Below, piece by piece: positions 21,877-32,695 of a DNA stretch of 64,000 nucleotides. The notes under the pieces were generated by a model. The model made no database searches. It was not told the DNA's origin and was given only the letters and a program-made list of their open reading frames with translations. The position numbers were made by a program, and so were the translations under genes. The number at the start of each line of letters is the position of its first letter. The stretch's first letter is position 1. Source of the stretch: Mayamaea pseudoterrestris (lineage: Eukaryota); contig BROI01000019.1 of the NCBI GenBank assembly GCA_027923505.1, positions 1 through 64,000 on the forward strand, written 5' to 3'.

Positions 21877-23094
21877 TCAATCGTTTGCTCCATGTTTCAG
21901 TTTTCGCCACACTTTGCTCCCTAGCTTGATATTGTCGCCGTCACTTTCTACATGTGGCCCAAACAGAAGTCGCGTCAACTCTACAAACTGACCAGGAGTC
22001 AGTTGCTCTGGCCGCATTGACGCCCAATCATCTGGCAGTAGTTGAGTTTTGGCAAAGGCATCGCCATTTTCCATTGCTGTTTGAACAGACTTGGGCCGCG
22101 GCAATGGCGCGGAATCCAACAGGGCTGAGGCTGCATCAGCATCTCCCTGACAAATCTCCAAGCTCAGTTTCCGTAAACTATTTCGCACAGTCTTGCGTCG
22201 TTGCTGAAAGCTCATGTTGACAACCCTTCGCAAATGCGATGGCGAAACGCCAGCTAGTCGTTGCTTCAACTGCGACGGCGTCAAAAAGTGAAGCCCAACG
22301 AGCGCCGAGTCAACCTTTGGTTTCGGGTAAAAGACGGTAGGTGGAATCTTGAAGTGACACTTGACCTGTGCGTATAGTTGAAAGACGACTGACAATATGC
22401 CATAGTCTTTCGTACAAGTCTTGGCCACCATGCGCTGGGCCACCTCCCACTGCATGGTGACTGTCGCACTGCTGATGGCGCCAAAGTGACTGGCATCCGC
22501 CAAGGAAAACAAAATTTGCGAGGTAATGTAGTAGGGTAGATTGCCAATGACGACCAACGGGTGGTTGACGTTTTGTGCCAATGCAGGGTAGTCCGTCTGC
22601 ATGACGTCCTGATGATCGACTCGAAGACCAGGATGCTTGTTTCGCAGCAAGTCAACGGATCGTTCGTCAATCTCAAGGCAATGCAGCTTGTCGGCGCCAT
22701 AGGTTTCGACAAGCTTATCGGTCAGTGCACCTGCTCCAGGTCCAAGCTCGACGACATGCTCCACACTTGCTTGATGTCGCGTCGCATCCTTGTGAAAGGC
22801 TCGCAAGATTTTCGCAACCGTATTGGCATCCTGCAAGTAGTTTTGACCGAGCGATTGCTTTGGCTTGTAGCTTCCCGCTGGAAGTTTCGGAGTGGCGGAT
22901 GGTGCGGATAGCAAAACGGTGGCAACCGATGCGGCGTAGTTGGGGTCGTCCTCCTGCCACTCCCATTCGTCATTGTCGCGTTGAACCCAGCCGTTTAATC
23001 TTGATAAATGTATTCTAGTATGAGATATGGAGAAGGACTTAGCATAATCTGCTAGCAGTATACATATCGATAGCGTGAAAAGAAGCTTCACCAT
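21877..23094 (-). CDS. ksgA: rRNA adenine dimethyltransferase (KsgA/Dim1 family), probably plastid-targeted
   Basis: KQSLGQNYL, VELGPGAGALT, GNLPYYITS, QWEVAQR, FYPKPKVDS, FQQRRKT; signal peptide ending AKS-F. Confidence 0.93.
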   Translation of the reverse strand: MVKLLFTLSICILLADYAKSFSISHTRIHLSRLNGWVQRDNDEWEWQEDDPNYAASVATVLLSAPSATPKLPAGSYKPKQSLGQNYLQDANTVAKILRAFHKDATRHQASVEHVVELGPGAGALTDKLVETYGADKLHCLEIDERSVDLLRNKHPGLRVDHQDVMQTDYPALAQNVNHPLVVIGNLPYYITSQILFSLADASHFGAISSATVTMQWEVAQRMVAKTCTKDYGILSVVFQLYAQVKCHFKIPPTVFYPKPKVDSALVGLHFLTPSQLKQRLAGVSPSHLRRVVNMSFQQRRKTVRNSLRKLSLEICQGDADAASALLDSAPLPRPKSVQTAMENGDAFAKTQLLPDDWASMRPEQLTPGQFVELTRLLFGPHVESDGDNIKLGSKVWRKLKHGAND

Positions 23095-23149
23095 GATGAA
23101 CAATGCTTGATGGTTTTGTTCTTTGAAACCATTCAAAATCGATAGGTCA

Positions 23150-23159
23150 GTACCGGTAC
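23150..23159. promoter_or_regulatory. GTACCGGTAC palindrome in divergent promoter
   Basis: Between ksgA and the 23261 ORF. Confidence 0.6.
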
Positions 23160-23260
23160 GATCCTTGTCATAACCCGATGAGCTCCGTTTCGTTTTGCCG
23201 TCATCACCATGGAGGATTGGCTAATTGGCTTGCCGCGCTAATTCGACGGCACGAGACGGA

Positions 23261-23611
23261 ATGAACGCTTCCACCCTCCAAAGGCTTGGAAAGAGCATGC
23301 ATCTGCAAGCTCGCTTCCTTTCCAAAGTCAAGCAATCACATCGACTGAAAAAGGTAGGCTCTGGACGCGCAAAGCGAGGAAATGTCGATGCCGTTGCAAT
23401 TACTTCACAGCAGGAACCAAAGTGGCAGGGCTTTGGATGGAGTCCATTTCTATTTCTGGGAGTTGCTCCCTTGGTGGCATGGTTAGGGACTGTCTTTATA
23501 AGTCCTAATCTGCGCAAGGATCTCTACGACCGACTTGGCTATACGGATGTGAGGCAAGTTGTTACTGATGGTGCAATTAATGGACAACACGACAAACAGG
23601 ATGGACGGTAG
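23261..23611 (+). CDS. Small hypothetical membrane protein
   Basis: ATG ORF with basic leader and one hydrophobic segment; fills the gap between neighbouring genes. Confidence 0.5.
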   Translation: MNASTLQRLGKSMHLQARFLSKVKQSHRLKKVGSGRAKRGNVDAVAITSQQEPKWQGFGWSPFLFLGVAPLVAWLGTVFISPNLRKDLYDRLGYTDVRQVVTDGAINGQHDKQDGR

Positions 23612-23682
23612 AACAGATTGCTACTTTGATCTGCAGGCTATTGATGCATACCATTCGAATACAAGTGCTTCAATATGTATGC

Positions 23683-24768
23683 TCAGTTCACGACCAAAGT
23701 TTCATCGAGTCGTGTCAAGCGCTTGGCCGCCTCCTTCATGTTTACCGAAACGGTTCTTACGTTTCCATTCAGCATGACCAAGCCAGCCTTGGCGCCCGGA
23801 GGTTTGGAAATGTCGCGGCATCGGGTCAAGTTTACTTTAACGACTGATCCGCCGCATTTGGATTGTCTGGCAGCCAAGGCGGCAGCGTCCTGAATAACGT
23901 CAGCGGGTAGCTGCTCAGATGTGTTGCGAATGACAACATGACTACCCGGACAACCCGATGCATGCATCCACCAATCCGCATTATTTCGGTGCTCCCGGTT
24001 CAAGGTTAATTCGTCGTTATCCGTCGCTCGCTTGCCGACGCGAATCTCAGTGCCATCAGCTGCATAGTAGCAACGGTAGGGTTTGCGAGGAACTTCCAAG
24101 CGAGGACCCTTTGGTTTGGGAGCACCGCGGGGCGGCGGTGTAGGTGGTTGGTCGTCAACGCCAAGGCTTATTGCGAGCGTAGCCACGTCGAGTGGAAGAA
24201 TGGTTTCCTTGTTTTTCATGGTATGGAGCTGCTCCGCTAAAAGATTTAGCCCTTTCAAACGACTCTGTAGTTCCGTCAATTCTTCTTCCAGTAGTTGTAC
24301 GTTAGGACAGTTTTCTAGCTCCTCGAGCGAGGCTGAACTGCTGGGGTCAGTCAATGCTTGCACGGTTGCTCGCGCTTTTTCGTAACGTTCGTTCGCCTTG
24401 CCAATCTTTTTATGACATCGTAAAATGAGTCGTTGGACTTCCTTTTTTAGTCCTGCAACGTTCCAGATGCTGTCTGTAGACTTGGACGCATCATTGGCTT
24501 CATCTTCGTCTCCCGCTGACATGAAGATTGATAAGTGACGCCTACCTGGAGCTGTATATCGGATTGGAATTAAGTGTGCCGAGAGCATCTTCGTGACTGT
24601 AGCGAAATCTCTTAGACAAGAAAATCTGTTCACTTGTATATTGTTTTTAGTCATGTGCATCATTCGCTGCATTCCAAGTTGATTTGTGAATTGCATCCTT
24701 GTTACTCTTGACGACGGAAACATCAACGCCGATGTGCAACGAGATGCAATGACGAGGATACTCGTCAT
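23683..24768 (-). CDS. NFACT RNA-binding (DUF814) domain protein
   Basis: IRVGKRATDNDELT, WWMHASGCPGSHVVI, DAAALAA, KPPGAKAGLV; start uncertain. Confidence 0.88.
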   Translation of the reverse strand: MTSILVIASRCTSALMFPSSRVTRMQFTNQLGMQRMMHMTKNNIQVNRFSCLRDFATVTKMLSAHLIPIRYTAPGRRHLSIFMSAGDEDEANDASKSTDSIWNVAGLKKEVQRLILRCHKKIGKANERYEKARATVQALTDPSSSASLEELENCPNVQLLEEELTELQSRLKGLNLLAEQLHTMKNKETILPLDVATLAISLGVDDQPPTPPPRGAPKPKGPRLEVPRKPYRCYYAADGTEIRVGKRATDNDELTLNREHRNNADWWMHASGCPGSHVVIRNTSEQLPADVIQDAAALAARQSKCGGSVVKVNLTRCRDISKPPGAKAGLVMLNGNVRTVSVNMKEAAKRLTRLDETLVVN

Positions 24769-25003
24769 TGCAGTTAATCGGAACCGAAATTGGCCGTAAT
24801 TTTGGCTCGGTATAGACCTTAACTTCATTAAAGGTTATTCTACTGTAATGTTGGGTCCTTTTGTATGCATTTCATCACGCAAAGCGGCTTGCTGGCCATG
24901 ATAATGACAAAAGAAAAGCGAAACGGAGTTTGTGGATGACGCGAGCGTCATTTCAACAGGTGTCGGTGCGACACGCAAGTATCGTGCAGTTGGCGTGGGT
25001 CCG

Positions 25004-25013
25004 GTACCGGTAC
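25004..25013. promoter_or_regulatory. GTACCGGTAC palindrome in divergent promoter
   Basis: Between the NFACT gene and the 25209 ORF. Confidence 0.6.
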
Positions 25014-25208
25014 GACTAAAGAAATTGGATCGCGACGAAAGCTTCGCCGTCATTTTTTTGCCGCAAAACTTCAGATGCAAATTTCTCACCGTGGATTGTT
25101 TCTTCTTGCCTTCCACGATTTCCTTCCATCGCGAGACAAAACCGAGATCGTCAATTGAAGAAAGGATCCAATCAAAACTACCCTTCTACTATCGTCACCT
25201 TGAAGAGC

Positions 25209-26651
25209 ATGATGAGTTTCGCATCTGAGAACCGCTCATTGATTGGTCCCATCCGCGACATGTTGCAGTTAACGGATGAGGAGTTAGTCGCCTCTTACAC
25301 GCGAGACCATGATTCTGTCAGACTCCCTGTGTACACGCTACACAATGGACAGAAGTTGGCGCAAATTGCTGCTGTCGATGGCTTCCGCCTACACCATATA
25401 GGAGAACCTGAATTCATTATCCGACTTCCAAATGATACGCTTTGCCTCTTTCCGGATCCTGATGTTCCAATACAGATCTTTGGAAGCGATGGAAACGGAT
25501 ACGTTGAAGCTGGGCCAAGATTGAAGCGTTATTTCGGCACTCCAGATCATAAACAGATTGTTACTTGCCGCGGTTTTGTCCGCATCGGCAGCGCTGTGCA
25601 GGAGCACCGAGACGATTATATAGATATGATGGAATACGTGGCGACGTTTTCAAATACCCTCGATACAAGTAAGTTGTATGTGACTGTTGCAGACTATCCC
25701 CCATGTTGGAGGATGTTTAAGAAGGGCTTTTTTGTTGGGAATGAAAAACTTAATTTCGCCGTGGACGAGTTGCAAAGTTCTCTCTGTAAAATAGATTGGG
25801 AAAATACAACATTAGATCTTGACCAAATCAGTCTATCGGAAGAGCAATGGAATTTTGTGGCTTCCATTCCGCTGAAATGCCTACGTTTGCATCACATGTT
25901 GATTCCTCGCGAGATTTTGCAAGCAAATGAGTGGCAAACATTGGAGCCTAACCACGTAGACATCTGCGAATCAATTGCTCTATATGAAGGTCCGGCCATT
26001 GTCAATTTGAAGTTCACTGATACGTCTCTTAAATCGGAACATGATGTAGACAAATTTTTGTGGAAATGGAGCCCACTGTGCCATCGCTTGGAGATGGATC
26101 GAAGTTCCTTCGATGAGGCCACATGGGCAAGATTTTGGAGCCAGCTTGAATACAGAACAACTTGCGCTTTGGTTGCGCTATCACGAGCGAGAATTTGCGG
26201 AGATTTGTTATCGGAAATTGACTTGGATTTAATAAGTAAGGACACATGGTGCATTGACGTGGTGGATGACAATACGGACCGGCCAATGGTGCTTGCGCGT
26301 CGTCGGGTGCCAGGCGAGACTTTTACGGTCCAGGATCATCCTAAACTGCCATATCATACCCATAACTTCGATGATAACGTTTGTGCCAACACTGCGGCCG
26401 CTGTTGCCGGCGGGGACTTGTTTCGGTTCCCTCTCTTGCAAGAAAGGAGCGTCGATGTCTATCACCATTTTGAGACTGGAAAAGCCAAGTCTGACAAGGC
26501 TTGTGCAAAACCCCGTATGACACTGTTGGCTCTTGGAGCAGTGTTGGTTTGTTTGTCGGCGTCCTCATCGGCATGTTCGCGTGAAAACTTGAGAAGCTAT
26601 TTATACCTTCGCTTTACGATCGTGTCTGTATCGTTTAAGCTGCTTCCTTAA
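25209..26651 (+). CDS. Hypothetical protein
   Basis: ~480-aa ORF, no motif recognised. Confidence 0.65.
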   Translation: MMSFASENRSLIGPIRDMLQLTDEELVASYTRDHDSVRLPVYTLHNGQKLAQIAAVDGFRLHHIGEPEFIIRLPNDTLCLFPDPDVPIQIFGSDGNGYVEAGPRLKRYFGTPDHKQIVTCRGFVRIGSAVQEHRDDYIDMMEYVATFSNTLDTSKLYVTVADYPPCWRMFKKGFFVGNEKLNFAVDELQSSLCKIDWENTTLDLDQISLSEEQWNFVASIPLKCLRLHHMLIPREILQANEWQTLEPNHVDICESIALYEGPAIVNLKFTDTSLKSEHDVDKFLWKWSPLCHRLEMDRSSFDEATWARFWSQLEYRTTCALVALSRARICGDLLSEIDLDLISKDTWCIDVVDDNTDRPMVLARRRVPGETFTVQDHPKLPYHTHNFDDNVCANTAAAVAGGDLFRFPLLQERSVDVYHHFETGKAKSDKACAKPRMTLLALGAVLVCLSASSSACSRENLRSYLYLRFTIVSVSFKLLP

Positions 26652-27030
26652 GCTGTCAGCTTATTATAAACATAATCATCTCCACACGCCACTCCACATT
26701 GTTGTCTGCTCCTCGATTTGTACACCAACCAAGCCGACAAGCAGTGCAGGAGGCAAATGCCACCAACAATCACCATCTCGCGTAGCAATTGCGCCGTCTT
26801 TTTGCAAAACAAGTTGCGGCACGTCGCACCTGTCGTTGCCAATGCCACCAACCGCAATCGTCAGCAAGCAAAATCGCATTCCATCCTCGGCGTTGTATAT
26901 AGCCACTTTGTTTCATGTATGGTTGGCGTTGTCAAACACCCATCATATCCGGAGTCATGATTGCTATACTGGCAGCATGCATGCGAGACTTCGTCATGGC
27001 AATAAAGAAGATGAATAGATACATATTCTT

Positions 27031-27693
27031 TTAATTTACTCCATGTTCTTCTAGAATACTTTCCAGTTCAGTCTGCGTCATATCAACCTTGAGGGAAAGT
27101 AGCTGATGCTGCATTTTGCCATGTCGATACAGAAACAACGTCGGCAAGTATGAATGCGGCCACTCGTGCTCAAAGGCATGCTTGGCCTCAATGACGACAA
27201 ACTTGACGCGCGACTGCTGGTGGCGCGCCAGTGACTGAATACTATCTTCCATGCATTTGGTCTTGCAGGGAGTCGAGGAAAGGCAAACGACAACCCAATG
27301 ATGCTCGGACGCTTCATTGACTTGGCTGGTCCACTCGGAGCGGTCAATGCGAATGACTTGATTGAAACTTGATTGTGCTGCTTGTTGCTCCAAACGTCGT
27401 TGGCGATATTGCTGCATGATTTCATCGTCTTCGTCTAGGTCGTCGTCGTCACTGCTGGATCCTGATGCGTTTGACTCTACATCACCATGCTCGGTACTCT
27501 CAGCAACCTTTGCATCGGCTTCTGCTGCTAATAGCTGTTGAATAGTATTCTCCGAAGCTCCCTTGGCGTACAAGACTTGCTCTTTGGTCAGTATCTGGCG
27601 GCGAATCAGCTCATCGTCAAATTCCGTCGTGGATGCAGTGTAGGCATAGGTTGGAGCGTCCGTCGCATAGTTTGTCACGCCATTTCCCTGCAT
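27031..27693 (-). CDS. Phosducin-like protein (PhLP2/PDCL3-type)
   Basis: TTEFDDELIRRQIL, YRQRRL, WTSQVNEAS, VKFV, LPTLFLYRHG. Confidence 0.88.
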   Translation of the reverse strand: MQGNGVTNYATDAPTYAYTASTTEFDDELIRRQILTKEQVLYAKGASENTIQQLLAAEADAKVAESTEHGDVESNASGSSSDDDDLDEDDEIMQQYRQRRLEQQAAQSSFNQVIRIDRSEWTSQVNEASEHHWVVVCLSSTPCKTKCMEDSIQSLARHQQSRVKFVVIEAKHAFEHEWPHSYLPTLFLYRHGKMQHQLLSLKVDMTQTELESILEEHGVN

Positions 27694-27956
27694 GAATCTT
27701 AGTTTGTTTGTTAAAAGTAAGAGCTGGAAGTAGGTAGAATCGAGTAAATGTTACTATGACGAGAGCGACAACGTCGATAAGGGCAAGAGAGAATGAGCGG
27801 ATCGTCGACGGCGCGCCTTTGTTTGAAACCTCCTTCCGTCGCAGCGGTTTTCGAAAGCGCAAAAGCTCTCGTCGTCGTGTCTGCCGTTTTCACCATGAAC
27901 GTTTGGCCGATAAGTTTGCTCGCTCATTCATCCAATACTCTCCGGCTTCGAGCCTC

Positions 27957-29408
27957 ATGCGACGACTACACAATGTTTTCCTTATAATACCGTTACTAAG
28001 CGCATTATTTCCTGTAGTATCCATTACTTGGGGCAGCAGCAAGAGTACGCCGGAAGCCTCATCGACCCTCCTCGAACTTCATCGCTTGTACCAACAGCAA
28101 CCGCCACACGACAGAGCACTCTACGACAGACTCAATGTATCGCCCAATGCTACTGCTTCCGTGATTCGCCGCAACTACTTGAAACTCTCGCGGCAATATC
28201 ATCCCGACAAGCAGCGAGACGAATCCACTAAACAATACACAATGACGCAGTTGGAGCGCGTGCGCGAAGCGTACGAAATTCTAAAGGATGATAAGTCGCG
28301 CCTGCCCTATCATCGTTACGGACTACTGGATATGCGACAAGCCATCATCTTGCTGACGGGGCAGCATCATGATGCCGCGCCGTTGGAGGATCCGTCCCTT
28401 CAAGCCTTGCTGCAACTCATGGGATATCCGACGACTATGCATGAAGACCAAAATTGGCAGCAAAACTACGATACGGACAATTATTACTATCATCAAACAC
28501 CATTAATGTCAAACATGCCGACATCGAAACACGATCGAACGTGGTACATTGCCGTGCGTCTCGTGGAGCGCATGCGGCCATACGTCGAAGGCCGCGTGTC
28601 GGCGCAAACGCTGGCGGAACGTTTAGCGGAGGAGTGCGACTTGCTCAAGCGCCTGGCCCTCGGGGCATCCATACTAAGATGCATTGGCAGGGCGTATCGA
28701 TATGAAGGAGGACGCTATTTGAGAAAGCATCGAGTACATGCTGAACAACGATATCATTATCAACATGGATTTGCCAAAGGCAGTCACACGAAGCAGATTG
28801 TTGCGGATGTTTCAGAAACGGTTCGCTTCCACTGGCGCAACGCCAAACACTTGGCGACAGCCGCCGTAGCTAGTGGAAAATGCATCGTGGCCGAGCAGCA
28901 GCACAAGCTTGGCTACTACAAGCGAAAGGTGGATCAAGCAGCGGCGCAGGCAACCACTATGTATCAGCAGTACCAAGGTGGAAGCAGCAGCAACGGCAAT
29001 CAGCAGCAACCAATAATTGGTCAGCTCCATGACGAGGATCCACTGCCGAGTGACGAGGATATGCGTCTGGAAGCAAAGCTAAAGGCGCAAAGGGTTATCA
29101 TCGAGTCGCTGCAGATTGAAGCGCTTTGGAAAGTGAGCAAGATGGAGCTGGATCAAATCGTTCGTGACGCTTGTCGACTCATATTGAGCGGAGAATACTT
29201 TTTCTTCTTTCCGTCGCAACAACATCCAGTTCATCAACATGATTATTTGCATTATAATCAACGTTCACAGTATAGCGACGGCTGGGTGGGATCCGCGGGC
29301 GTCGCCATTGACGCGCACCTTGGTCGACTGCGGGCGGCGCAAGCCTTAATGCTCATGGGCGATGTCATGGTTGCGCGGAGCAAGGAAGGAACCGCATGGA
29401 TGCAATGA
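27957..29408 (+). CDS. DnaJ-domain protein with DnaJ-X-like C-terminal region
   Basis: LYDRLNV...YHPDK...EAYEILKD J-domain; LRCIGRAY and RAAQALMLMG X-domain-like motifs; hydrophobic leader. Confidence 0.85.
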   Translation: MRRLHNVFLIIPLLSALFPVVSITWGSSKSTPEASSTLLELHRLYQQQPPHDRALYDRLNVSPNATASVIRRNYLKLSRQYHPDKQRDESTKQYTMTQLERVREAYEILKDDKSRLPYHRYGLLDMRQAIILLTGQHHDAAPLEDPSLQALLQLMGYPTTMHEDQNWQQNYDTDNYYYHQTPLMSNMPTSKHDRTWYIAVRLVERMRPYVEGRVSAQTLAERLAEECDLLKRLALGASILRCIGRAYRYEGGRYLRKHRVHAEQRYHYQHGFAKGSHTKQIVADVSETVRFHWRNAKHLATAAVASGKCIVAEQQHKLGYYKRKVDQAAAQATTMYQQYQGGSSSNGNQQQPIIGQLHDEDPLPSDEDMRLEAKLKAQRVIIESLQIEALWKVSKMELDQIVRDACRLILSGEYFFFFPSQQHPVHQHDYLHYNQRSQYSDGWVGSAGVAIDAHLGRLRAAQALMLMGDVMVARSKEGTAWMQ

Positions 29409-29691
29409 CACTGACGACTATCACCGTAGTTGCTTATAAACGAAGTTGTATAGCTTAAAGTCAACTACAGTAAGCCATCATCGGCCACGTTTGGTTGTCG
29501 CGGTCGCACGGTTGAAATATCACGTTGTTGACAACGATGCGACTTGATGACGTTTTCGTCCGTTTTTCCAAATCGAACCTTCCATTCGTTCCATTCTGCC
29601 GATCGCCTACACGATTGCAAAATGGCCGACAAAATCTTTGACCAGCAACAAGAATTAGTCGCCTCCCAAATTCTTCTTGCCTTGCAGCAGC

Positions 29692-32667
29692 ATGACCATG
29701 AATGGCTTGACCATGACGGACAAGGATGATGATACGAGTTTGACAGTCGCCCGCGCGCGTCGATTACTTGGTGCGATGCGCGACCAGCGCGACATTCTAT
29801 CCGGCCGAGTGCAATCCTCAAAAGCAACAAACAGCAATGTTCCTTTGTCGACACAGACAGAAGAAGTTGGAGCGATTAACAATAGTTTGCTGACGACAGA
29901 TGGTGACGATCATATTACCAAGAGGCTCCTTCAATCATTGAACGAACGACGGAATCGGGTGCAGCGAATGGTCGAAGAAAAGAAGGAAGATGTCGGCTCA
30001 ACCATTGAAGAGACCAAAAGCGAGATGATTGATGGACATTCAGTATGTGAGTCACTGTATTTTGACGAAAGTGTGGCTGACACCAGAGTCGACAAACCTG
30101 GCGAGTCGTCATATTCAATCAACGCTTCGTCAGCAATATCTATTCGACGACTCGAATCGCCTACACCCTTGTATTCAAGCAACAAACCAAAAACACCAAC
30201 TAAGGAAGAGATCAAACAGTTCTACAAAGCTGCCAATGTGTCGTTCGGAACCGAAATAACTGGTACAACAGCCGATTTGACTGCCGACTGCATCTCGTTG
30301 AACAATTTAATTGTAGCTGGCAAGGAGGGTAAGAACAAGCAGCCGTCACTGCAACCATCCGCGACAGACAAGCTGAAAAGCGTCTCTAAGGAGCCTGACT
30401 GCGATTCGGAAAGTGATGAGTTCAGCTTTGACGACTGTCCAGCAACCTTTGAAGTTGCGTCAACCTCCTCTGAGAGTTCCTGTAGTGCTGAGGATCAGAG
30501 TCGGTTGGACACTACCGATGCTGCAAAGAATCTAAATTATTCGGATGCAAAAAGAGAAATGAATGTCGATGTAGACAATGTTGATGACATCACAGCTGTG
30601 GCACAAACTTTGGAGCGGCAGGCAAGTGGCCTTTCTCACAATCCTCGCGACACAGCTGAAACCGATCGAACGCACATGGAGAAAGAAGCTATCAAGCTGC
30701 TGCATACAGATAACCAAAAGCTTTTACTACCGATGCAATCAACAGACTGCCTCGTGACGGCTAACGACGATACATCTGCCTTCTGTTCCGTGAATGCACA
30801 TGGACAAACTACGCAAGATATATATGTTGCTGGCGCCGCAAATAACAGTACGATGGATTCCAAAAGCTCTCCCGTGCCGGCTTGGTGTGGCGTTGTAGTG
30901 GAGCAAGGCAATCACGAGCAATATGCCGATACGAATCGAAAATTGACAGCGATGGCGAAGCATCAACTGGTCTGCGATCAAGTCCAGCCCATACTACGAG
31001 AACAGGAGACGAGCACACGGACCTTCGACACGTGCAAGCATCAGAGTCAATCACTGGATCACACCAAATCAATTCATGACATGCCTTCACAAACTGTACC
31101 AGGCCGGAATTTACAGTCAAGGGGCGAGGTCAACAATGGACTTACTGCTAATATTCCCGATCAATCTCCATTGGACGATGGTGTCTCTTGCTTTGTCGAG
31201 CACAGCGGAAAGCAAAAAGCACATTCGAGGTCACATTCATACGATGCATCTCTAGACAGATCTGATTTTATTAGAAGAGCTGGAAGAAGACGGGCACGTT
31301 CATTGGACCCGACATTGCTAATGAGCCATACCGGCAGGAACGAGTCGCTTATTCAGCGTGAACAACGACAAATCGTTGTTGGGACACTAACTACTCCAAC
31401 CACACGTCCTGTCACACCGGACTGTCATTTGAATCGTCCGACGGAAAGGGGCACGGGGGATGTTAATTGCGACGCTAGCACTTGCAGCTCGAGAGGCTGC
31501 CGATCAGATGACGGTCGTGCCGTCTACATTGGGGACTTGTATTCGTCCGAGCGCAGCAAAACTACTTCGACTGACATCAGTAACATTTCGTCGGAGGGAT
31601 CGAACGGCAACTCTGAAACCTCACATGGTGCAACGTTCAAAAAGGCGAGAGTAGTTGTGCAGGATTCGGACGGAGAAGAACTTTCGCTATCGCTTATTGT
31701 AAGTGAAGACAGCTCCGTAGATTTTACGACAGACTCTAATACCTCCGGCTGGATGACCGAAGAAGAGTTTGACCGGATTGCCATGCGTTATCCGAAGGAA
31801 GTATGCCATGACATTGACGCAGAATTTAGTGATGTTTCAGGTGAAGTGGGTGATAGTCTGCTTGGCGATCTTGATGCACTTTTGGATGAGCCATCACTGC
31901 TGGGTTCGTGCTACAGCTTTGAGGAAATAGGCAAGCACGAAAATGCGGCTGATATGACAAGAAACAAGGTCAAAGACAATACGTTGACTCCTGCACATGC
32001 CGTACAGGAAGATGAGGTGGATGCTCACGATTTGTTGCCTGAAACAAGATGGGTCATCGTCGAAAGGCTCAAGAAAGCAAAATTGTCAACGCAACATGTG
32101 ACTTGGGACCTTCCAAAACTGCAACCGACTTCACCTATTATATCGCGTGCATTATTTGCTACTGAGGAGGAAGCTGACGAGAACTGCGGGGTCAACCGCG
32201 GTCTATACGCAGTCGCAATGAGATCGGGTCTTCGATTAGACGGGCCTTTCGACATCAAATTGACATCTACCACGGCATTGCCTATGCAAGCTTTGCGTCT
32301 TTCGACTGACTTTCGATGTGGCGCCCAGGGTAGTCTATACGACATCGCAGTTCAATCAGGCTTTGACCTATCGCAGCCATGGATCTGGAAAAAGCAGAAG
32401 CAGAAGAAGTTTATACCAGCCCGCGGCGGACTTTGGTACATCTCCGGACTGAACAAGAAAATGCTTCGGTCTCGCAAACCTTTCACCTTAACGACTAATC
32501 CTCCATCACTGGACGATGATGATGATGCAACGGTTTTGCCGGAAGATATCACAGACTACGAGTGTGGCGCAAATGGAAACTTGTTCTTAGCATTCGAGAC
32601 AGCTGGAGGAGACTACACGTGCAGTGGATCGCTATACTATCTGGCAACATACTCGAACAAATCATAA
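29692..32667 (+). CDS. Large hypothetical, largely disordered acidic/Ser-rich protein
   Basis: ~990-aa ORF; short C-terminal repeats of CG..G.LY..A type. Confidence 0.75.
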   Translation: MTMNGLTMTDKDDDTSLTVARARRLLGAMRDQRDILSGRVQSSKATNSNVPLSTQTEEVGAINNSLLTTDGDDHITKRLLQSLNERRNRVQRMVEEKKEDVGSTIEETKSEMIDGHSVCESLYFDESVADTRVDKPGESSYSINASSAISIRRLESPTPLYSSNKPKTPTKEEIKQFYKAANVSFGTEITGTTADLTADCISLNNLIVAGKEGKNKQPSLQPSATDKLKSVSKEPDCDSESDEFSFDDCPATFEVASTSSESSCSAEDQSRLDTTDAAKNLNYSDAKREMNVDVDNVDDITAVAQTLERQASGLSHNPRDTAETDRTHMEKEAIKLLHTDNQKLLLPMQSTDCLVTANDDTSAFCSVNAHGQTTQDIYVAGAANNSTMDSKSSPVPAWCGVVVEQGNHEQYADTNRKLTAMAKHQLVCDQVQPILREQETSTRTFDTCKHQSQSLDHTKSIHDMPSQTVPGRNLQSRGEVNNGLTANIPDQSPLDDGVSCFVEHSGKQKAHSRSHSYDASLDRSDFIRRAGRRRARSLDPTLLMSHTGRNESLIQREQRQIVVGTLTTPTTRPVTPDCHLNRPTERGTGDVNCDASTCSSRGCRSDDGRAVYIGDLYSSERSKTTSTDISNISSEGSNGNSETSHGATFKKARVVVQDSDGEELSLSLIVSEDSSVDFTTDSNTSGWMTEEEFDRIAMRYPKEVCHDIDAEFSDVSGEVGDSLLGDLDALLDEPSLLGSCYSFEEIGKHENAADMTRNKVKDNTLTPAHAVQEDEVDAHDLLPETRWVIVERLKKAKLSTQHVTWDLPKLQPTSPIISRALFATEEEADENCGVNRGLYAVAMRSGLRLDGPFDIKLTSTTALPMQALRLSTDFRCGAQGSLYDIAVQSGFDLSQPWIWKKQKQKKFIPARGGLWYISGLNKKMLRSRKPFTLTTNPPSLDDDDDATVLPEDITDYECGANGNLFLAFETAGGDYTCSGSLYYLATYSNKS

Positions 32668-32695
32668 TAAGTATGGTAACTTGAATTAGGCATTT